From the NCBI GenBank assembly GCA_965237415.1, contig CBDEFM010000002.1, forward strand, positions 1,792,001-1,856,000: a DNA stretch of 64,000 nt, given 5' to 3'. The notes under the pieces were generated by a model. It was not told the DNA's origin. It did no database searches and saw nothing but the letters and a program-made list of their open reading frames with translations. The translations under genes and the position numbers were made by a program. Positions 57,956 through 64,000 of the stretch are shown one piece after another (within the stretch, counting starts at the first letter, position 1; each line of letters begins with the position of its first letter). Origin of the DNA: Alphaproteobacteria bacterium (lineage in GTDB: Bacteria > Pseudomonadota > Alphaproteobacteria > UBA828).

Positions 57956-58529
57956 TAACAGAGGCTCCAACAACTCCTACACCACGTCCTGGGACACGAC
58001 CACCTTGAGGGCCGCGCGAGCTACAGGGGGGCGGCTACAGGTGTCTACGTGACAAGGACATACACGTTGGACGGTGAAGTCGATAGACGGAGAGGCGGCC
58101 AGTTTACCGCCGACGCAATGCTCACTGCCACGTTTGGCGGTGGCAGCGTGCCGACCAACGACCACTACTCGATCATCGGCTCAATCGACAACTTCAGGAG
58201 CAGAAACGGCAGATCCATCGACTCCAGTTGGAGTCTCGACCTGGAGGCAGCGTCGTTCGACAGTCAACAAGGCGGTGATCTCACAGGCACGAACGGCAAC
58301 GTGTTCAGCGGCGCGACCGTGGGCGATCGACGCTTGACGGGCGCCTGGAACGGCCGCTTCTTCGGACCCGTCGTCGTCGACAACGATGACGCGATGCGAG
58401 GCAACCAGTCCACGTTCCCGTCCGGCGTCGCCGGGACTTTCAGCGGCCATTTCACGAACGGTGCCGTCCTCGGCGCCTTCGGCGCGGAGATCGCCGACTG
58501 ACGCAAGCCCGCGCCGGCGGGCGTTCCCC

Positions 58530-59288
58530 TCAGTAACGGCCGACCGTGACGCCGCCGTCGACGATGATGGTCTGGCCGCTCACGTAGCGCGAGCCGTCGG
58601 AGCAGAGGAAGAGGATCACGTCGGCGATGTCGTCGGCCTCGCCGTAACGGCCGAGGGGGATGTAGGTGGCGGCTGCCTCCAGCCCCGCGAGGCCGAGCGA
58701 GTGCACGGTGGAGAGCGCCTGCGCGGTCTTGATGAAGCCCGGCGCCACGCCGTTGACGCGGATGCCGTCGCCGCCGAGATCGCAGGCGAGGCCGCGCACG
58801 AGGCCGACCACCCCCGCCTTGGCCGCGTTGTACTGCACATGATCGTGCCAGCCGTAGCTCGTGCCCATGACCGAGGAGACCGCGACCATCGCGCCCCGCT
58901 TCGCCTCGCGCATCGCCGGCGCAGCGGCGCGAAAGAGGCGGAACACGCCCTTCAGGTCGACATCGAGGGTGTGGTCCCACTTCTCGTCGCTCATCTCCGA
59001 GAACGGCACCTTGTGGGCGATGCCGGCGTTGGCGACGGCGGCGTCGAGCGGGCCGGTGGCGACTTCGGCGGCCTGGACCGCGGAGTCCACATTGGCGCTG
59101 TCGGTCACATCGACATGGCTGAATTCGGCGCTGCCGCCGGCTGCCTCGATGGCCGCGACGGTCTCCTGCCCCTCGTCGTCGAGCACGTCGGTGACGTAGA
59201 CGTGATAGCCGGTCCGGCCGAAGGCCAAGGCCGTGGCCTCGCCGATGCCGATTCCGGCACCCGTGATCATGACTGTCGGCTTACTCAT
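58530..59288 (-). CDS. SDR family oxidoreductase
   Basis: TGAGIGIG, NAG, YNAAK, VNGVAPG. Confidence 0.9.
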   Translation of the reverse strand: MSKPTVMITGAGIGIGEATALAFGRTGYHVYVTDVLDDEGQETVAAIEAAGGSAEFSHVDVTDSANVDSAVQAAEVATGPLDAAVANAGIAHKVPFSEMSDEKWDHTLDVDLKGVFRLFRAAAPAMREAKRGAMVAVSSVMGTSYGWHDHVQYNAAKAGVVGLVRGLACDLGGDGIRVNGVAPGFIKTAQALSTVHSLGLAGLEAAATYIPLGRYGEADDIADVILFLCSDGSRYVSGQTIIVDGGVTVGRY

Positions 59289-59391
59289 GAATAGCTCCCG
59301 TGCCCGCACGATAGGATGTTTGCGGCCCCGTGATAGTTCATATCCCCTGTTCTCTCAACGCGCCGCAAAGCCAGGGCGGCAGCGCCGAGAG

Positions 59392-60411
59392 CTAACCCGG
59401 GATCAGCACGCTCTGGCCGGTGGTGCGCCTTGCTTCGATGTCGCGGTGCGCCTCCGCCGCATCGGCGAGCGCATAGCGCCGGTCGATACGGGCGGCGACC
59501 GCGCCGCTCTCCAGCACCTCGAAGAGCGCCCGCGCCCTGTCCTGGAGCGCGTCCGGCGTGGCGTTCTCCTGGAAGAGGCCGGGGCGCACGACCGCGAGGG
59601 ATTTATCCGCCGCTGAAGAGAGGACATGCTGAGGGACGGCGCCCGACGAGCTGCCGTAAAGCACGAGCGTGCCGCCGGGGCGAAGGCAGGCGACGGAGGC
59701 CTCGGCCGTATCGCGGCCGACCGAATCGTAGACCGCCGCAAGGCCCTCGCCGCCGCTGAGGTCGGCGACGCGGGCAGCGACGTCCTCCCGCCGGTAGTCG
59801 ATCGCGTGGCGGCAGCCGTTGGCCTCGGCGAGCCGGCGCTTCTCGTCATCGCCGACGCAGCCGATGACGGTGGCGCCGCGATGCGCAAGCCACTGGCAGA
59901 GCAGCAGGCCGGTACCGCCTGCGGCGGCATGGACCAGCACGGTGTCGCCCGGCTGCACCTTGCCGCTCTTGTGAACCAGATATTCCGCCGTCATGCCCTT
60001 GAGCATGGTGGCGGCGGCCTGCTCGAAGCCGATGGCGTCGGGCAGCTTGACCACGGCGTCCGCCGCGATGGTGCGCAGCCCCGCATAGGCGCCGGGCGGC
60101 GCGTTCGCGTAGGCGACGCGGTCGCCTTCCTTCAGCCGCGTCACCGCGCCGCCCACGGATTCCACGACGCCCGCGCCCTCGAAGCCGATGACCCAGGGGA
60201 GCCCCGGCGAGGGGACGAGGCCGCGGCGCTGATAGGTATCGAGGAAGTTGAGCCCGACCGCCTTCTGGGCAATCCGCACCTCGGTTGCGCCGGGGTCCGG
60301 CACCCAGATGTCCTCGACGCGGAGCGCCTCCGGCCCGCCGGCCTCGTGCATCCTGACGGCCTGGGTCTTGACCGGCAGCCGGGTCCGGGCGCGGTGCTTC
60401 TGGCCGTACAT
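59392..60411 (-). CDS. NADPH:quinone oxidoreductase (zeta-crystallin family); start uncertain
   Basis: GLNFLD, GFEGAG, HAAAGGTGL, VYDSVG, TTGQSVL. Confidence 0.88.
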   Translation of the reverse strand: MYGQKHRARTRLPVKTQAVRMHEAGGPEALRVEDIWVPDPGATEVRIAQKAVGLNFLDTYQRRGLVPSPGLPWVIGFEGAGVVESVGGAVTRLKEGDRVAYANAPPGAYAGLRTIAADAVVKLPDAIGFEQAAATMLKGMTAEYLVHKSGKVQPGDTVLVHAAAGGTGLLLCQWLAHRGATVIGCVGDDEKRRLAEANGCRHAIDYRREDVAARVADLSGGEGLAAVYDSVGRDTAEASVACLRPGGTLVLYGSSSGAVPQHVLSSAADKSLAVVRPGLFQENATPDALQDRARALFEVLESGAVAARIDRRYALADAAEAHRDIEARRTTGQSVLIPG

Positions 60412-60548
60412 CGTCGTGAAAATGCGGGTGAACTGGCGCTCGCGCGTGTGCACGGCGTCGAGAGGCAGGGCACCGGCCGGAGTCGGGAGGATCGGAGGCT
60501 CAACGGGTGTCGGCGTGTGCATGAAGCGCGGCGCTTGCCCTGGCGGGC

Positions 60549-61001
60549 CTAAGAGGTCTCGGGAAAGCGTTCGCCGCCTTCCGGTGCGAGGCCCGGCAAC
60601 CACGTCTCGTGGACGTGCAGCCATGCCACGCCGCAGGGCGCCGCCGCCTCGCGGCGAAAGAGGGCCGAGGAGAGGCGCGCGGATGTTGCGCCCCGGCGCC
60701 GGTGCCACTCCTCATAGGTGACCAGCGCATGATCGCCCGCCGCCCAGCGCAGGCGAAAATTCTCGATCCAGATCTCGAATTCGTCCGCGTCGGCGGCGAG
60801 TTGCCCGTGCAGGCATTCGAACTCGTCGACCAGCGCATCCCGCGGCGTCACCGTGCCGCGTGGCCCGATGACCTCGACCCCGTCATCCATCGCGTCGGAG
60901 AACCGGGCGAAGGTCTCGCCGGTTCGCGTCACGGCACCGGCCAGCCAATCCCGCAAGAAGGCGTGAAACCCCCGCACCTCCTGCTCGCAGAGCTTTTCCA
61001 T
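60549..61001 (-). CDS. Conserved SnoaL/DUF4440-like protein
   Basis: FHAFLRDWL, TYEEW, WLHVHETWL. Confidence 0.65.
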   Translation of the reverse strand: MEKLCEQEVRGFHAFLRDWLAGAVTRTGETFARFSDAMDDGVEVIGPRGTVTPRDALVDEFECLHGQLAADADEFEIWIENFRLRWAAGDHALVTYEEWHRRRGATSARLSSALFRREAAAPCGVAWLHVHETWLPGLAPEGGERFPETS

Positions 61002-61189
61002 CCTCAGGTCCCCGCTCCCTCCCTCGCCGCTCGTGTCGCCGGCCGCCCGGACAGCCGAAGATCACGATTGTACGCCGCAGATCGGGTAGTGCAGATCGGG
61101 TAGTGTGGTGCAGTGGTTATCGCACGGCAACGGTCCGGCCCAGCCGGCGCCGCGGAGCCGGCAGCGAACGCGCCGAAAGGGGGGCAGCC

Positions 61190-62638
61190 ATGTCAACGTT
61201 GATCAGGGGCGGCACGGTCGTGACCGCGGACGAGCGCTACCCTGCCGATGTCTATTGTGCGGACGGCAAGATCCAGGAGATCGGCACGGCGATCGACGTG
61301 CCCGCCGGCGCGGCCATCGTCGATGCGGGGGAGGCGCTGGTGATGCCGGGGGGGATCGACCCCCACACCCACATGCAACTGCCCTTCATGGACACCGTGA
61401 CCGGCGACAACTTCTACACCGGCCCCGCCGCCGGCCTCTCGGGCGGGACCACCATGATCATCGACTTCGTCATCCCGGCGCCGGATCAGCGGCCGATGGA
61501 CGCCTATCGGGTGTGGCAGCAGCGCGCGGCGAAGGCGCCGTCGGACTATTCCTTCCACGTCGCGATCACCAATTGGAACGACCGGATTCACGAGGACATG
61601 GGGACGCTGACCCGCGATCACGGGGTCAACAGCTTCAAGCACTTCATGGCCTACAAGGGCGAGATCATGCTCGACGCGGAGAAGATGATGCACAGCTTCG
61701 CGCGGGCGCGGGACCTCGGCGCGCTCTGCACCGTCCACTGCGAGGACGGCAATCTCGTCTGGATGATGCAGCAGGAGCTGTTGAAGGCGGGCGTCACCGG
61801 GCCGGAGGGCCACCCGCAGTCGCGCCCGCCGGAGGTCGAAGGCGAGGCCACCAATCGCGCAATCCGCATCGCCCAGCTCCTCAAGGCGCCGATCTATATC
61901 GTCCACGTGACCTGCCGGGAGGCGCTGGAGGCGATCACCCGCGCGCGCCTCGAAGGGCAGCGCGTCTACGGCGAGTGCCTGGCGCAGCACCTGGTGATCG
62001 ACGAGAGCGTCTATTACGACCCCGACCCGGTGTCCGCCCGCGCCTACGTGATGAGCCCGCCGTTCCGGCCCAAGGACCATCAGGAGGCGCTCTGGCGCGG
62101 CCTGCAGTCGGGCAACCTGCAGACCACGGCGACCGATCACTGCGCCTTCTGCAACTCGCAGAAGGACCTCGGCAAGGACGATTTCTCGAAGATCCCGAAC
62201 GGCACCAGCGGCGTCGAGGACCGCATGTCGGTGCTCTGGGACCAGGGCGTCGAGACCGGCCGGCTGACGGCCAACGAGTTCGTCGCCGTCACGTCGGCCA
62301 ACTGCGCGAAGATCTTCAACATCTATCCGCGCAAGGGGGCGATCAAGGTGGGCTCGGACGCCGACATCGTGGTCTGGAACCCCAAGGCCACGCGTACGAT
62401 CTCGGCCGAGACCCACCGCCAGAACAACGATTTCAACATCTACGAGGGCATGACCGTGACCGGCGTCGCGCGCGCCACCGTGAGCCAGGGCCGGCTGGTG
62501 TGGGACGGCGCGGAGCTCCGCGCGAACGAGGGCGACGGCCACTATATCGCGCGGCCGACCTTCCCGGCGGTGTTCGACGCGGTGAACACGCTCCGCGCGC
62601 GCCACCCGTTCCGCGCCGTCGAGCGGCCGGAGGGCTGA
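61190..62638 (+). CDS. hydA: Dihydropyrimidinase (hydantoinase)
   Basis: PGGIDPHTH, GVNSFKHFMAYK, MSPP, TDHC, IPNG. Confidence 0.92.
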   Translation: MSTLIRGGTVVTADERYPADVYCADGKIQEIGTAIDVPAGAAIVDAGEALVMPGGIDPHTHMQLPFMDTVTGDNFYTGPAAGLSGGTTMIIDFVIPAPDQRPMDAYRVWQQRAAKAPSDYSFHVAITNWNDRIHEDMGTLTRDHGVNSFKHFMAYKGEIMLDAEKMMHSFARARDLGALCTVHCEDGNLVWMMQQELLKAGVTGPEGHPQSRPPEVEGEATNRAIRIAQLLKAPIYIVHVTCREALEAITRARLEGQRVYGECLAQHLVIDESVYYDPDPVSARAYVMSPPFRPKDHQEALWRGLQSGNLQTTATDHCAFCNSQKDLGKDDFSKIPNGTSGVEDRMSVLWDQGVETGRLTANEFVAVTSANCAKIFNIYPRKGAIKVGSDADIVVWNPKATRTISAETHRQNNDFNIYEGMTVTGVARATVSQGRLVWDGAELRANEGDGHYIARPTFPAVFDAVNTLRARHPFRAVERPEG

Positions 62639-62651
62639 GAGAGCTTCCGTA

Positions 62652-64000
62652 ATGCCGAGCTTTCCGAACGTGCGGACGCCGAGCGTCGACGAACTCGTCG
62701 CCATCGCCGCCGAATTTGGCATAAGGCTGACGCCGGCTCTGGCGTCGTCCTACCGGGAGCTGATCGCCGAAGGCATCGAGTCCTATACGCGGATCGACGC
62801 ACTGCCCGAGCCGGGCCTGCCGGTCGCCTATCCGCGCACGCCGGGCCACCGCCCGCCGCCGGAGGAGAACCCCTACAACGCCTGGTACTGGCGCTGCGAG
62901 GTAAAGGGCGCACGCCACGGGCTGCTCGCGGGCAAGACCGTCGCGCTGAAGGACAACGTCTGCCTCGCCGGCGTGCCGATGTCGATCGGCGCCTCGGTGC
63001 TGGAAGGCTACGTGCCGGAGGTCGACGCCACGATCGTCACCCGCATCCTCGATGCCGGCGGGACGATCGCCGGCAAGGCCGTGTGCGGCGCCTTCTGCAT
63101 GGAGGGCTCGAGCATCACGGCGTCCACCGGGTTGATCCCCAACCCGCACAAGCCGAGCCACGCCGCCGGCGGCTCGTCGAGCGGCAGCGCCGCGCTGGTC
63201 GCGGCGGGCGCGGTCGATGTTGCCGTGGGCGCCGATCAGGGCGGCTCGCTGCGCATCCCGGCCGCGTGGTGCGGCCTCTACGGCATGAAGCCCACCTTCG
63301 GCCTCGTACCGTACTCGGGCATCGCCTCCATCGAGTTCACCCTCGATCACGCCGGGCCGATGGCCGCCAACCTGGAGGACATGACGCGGCTGCTCCAGGC
63401 GATGGCCGGGCCCGACGGCATCGATCCGCGCCAGCCCGACATCGATCCGCCTGACTACATGGCGGCACTGGAGGGCGGCGTGCGCGGCCTCAGAATCGCC
63501 TGCCTCGCGGAAGGCTTCGAGCGGCCGGAGAGCGAGCCGGTCGTGGACGAGCGGGTGCGGGCGGCGCTAAAGCGCTTCGAGGGGCTCGGCGCCGAGGTCA
63601 GCACCGTCAGCCTCCCGATGCATCGGGACGGCATGCACATCTGGGCCGGGATCGCGCGCGAGGGCGCGGTGCAGAACATGATCAAGGGCGGCGGCGTCGG
63701 GGTGAATCAGCAGGGCTACCAGATCACGTCGCTGCTCGATGCGAGCGCCCGCGCGCTGCACCGCCAGCCGAACGATCTGGCACCGACCGTCACTCTCACC
63801 CTCCTCTTCGGCGAATACATGCAGCGTGCCTATCACGGCCGCTACTACGCCAAGGCGCAGAACCTGCGCCGCACCCTCCGCGCCGCTTACGACGCCGTGC
63901 TGGCGGAGCACGATCTGATCGCGCTCCCCACCACCGCCATGCGGGCACGCCCGCTGCCGGACCCCGATACATGCTCGCCCGCCCAATACGAGCACGACGC
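62652..64000 (+). CDS. Amidase signature family enzyme (partial, runs off window)
   Basis: LKDN, GGSSSGSAA, GADQGGSLRIPAAWCG; no stop seen before the window end. Confidence 0.88.
   Translation, partial: MPSFPNVRTPSVDELVAIAAEFGIRLTPALASSYRELIAEGIESYTRIDALPEPGLPVAYPRTPGHRPPPEENPYNAWYWRCEVKGARHGLLAGKTVALKDNVCLAGVPMSIGASVLEGYVPEVDATIVTRILDAGGTIAGKAVCGAFCMEGSSITASTGLIPNPHKPSHAAGGSSSGSAALVAAGAVDVAVGADQGGSLRIPAAWCGLYGMKPTFGLVPYSGIASIEFTLDHAGPMAANLEDMTRLLQAMAGPDGIDPRQPDIDPPDYMAALEGGVRGLRIACLAEGFERPESEPVVDERVRAALKRFEGLGAEVSTVSLPMHRDGMHIWAGIAREGAVQNMIKGGGVGVNQQGYQITSLLDASARALHRQPNDLAPTVTLTLLFGEYMQRAYHGRYYAKAQNLRRTLRAAYDAVLAEHDLIALPTTAMRARPLPDPDTCSPAQYEHD

Larger units (their letters stand above)
56554..58001 (-). 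mobile_element. IS256-family insertion sequence
   Basis: Terminal IR (TCGTGTCCC...CGTGGTGTA); 8-bp TSD ACCTTGAG at 56546-56553 and 58002-58009. Confidence 0.93.
55768..58501 (+). pseudogene. Surface lipoprotein gene (TbpB-like C-terminal beta-barrel) interrupted by IS256
   Basis: Lipobox LSAC-GGG; 55768-56553 and 58010-58501 rejoin in frame (QDLE-GRASYRGAATG) to 425 aa ending in GAVLGAFGA. Confidence 0.75.

Overview
GC-rich alphaproteobacterial chromosomal segment; the GAAC-N7-GTAC LexA box at recA and the zeta-subunit/DUF1476 gene point to this class. Housekeeping genes: trpF, alaS, recA, tRNA-Ile2(CAT), gor, class II DAHP synthase, pncB-like, nadE, cysS, trmJ, rpsD, grxD-bolA and purC-purS-purQ-purL. 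Also present: three ABC importer operons, several secondary transporters and catabolic enzymes. The accessory DNA is the most informative part. (1) A phage Mu gp27/DUF3486-like orphan gene is linked to a 10-bp-period GGGATTAAGT array and REP-like hairpins. A truncated relative of the same unit lies between 139-bp direct repeats inside the pur operon. (2) That gene is split by an IS21 element (7-bp TSD), which itself contains an IS110/IS1111 element whose bridge-RNA guide segments can be read from the sequence. (3) The IS110 target is a 68-bp hairpin that also occurs, in the same orientation, upstream of an unrelated IS256 transposase 48 kb away. (4) A NYN nuclease gene with a structured leader and a sugar ABC operon lie between two copies of a gene 3' end. 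(5) There is a frameshifted low-GC DUF2971-like gene and an IS256-disrupted surface lipoprotein gene. All family assignments are from manual motif recognition, not database searches.
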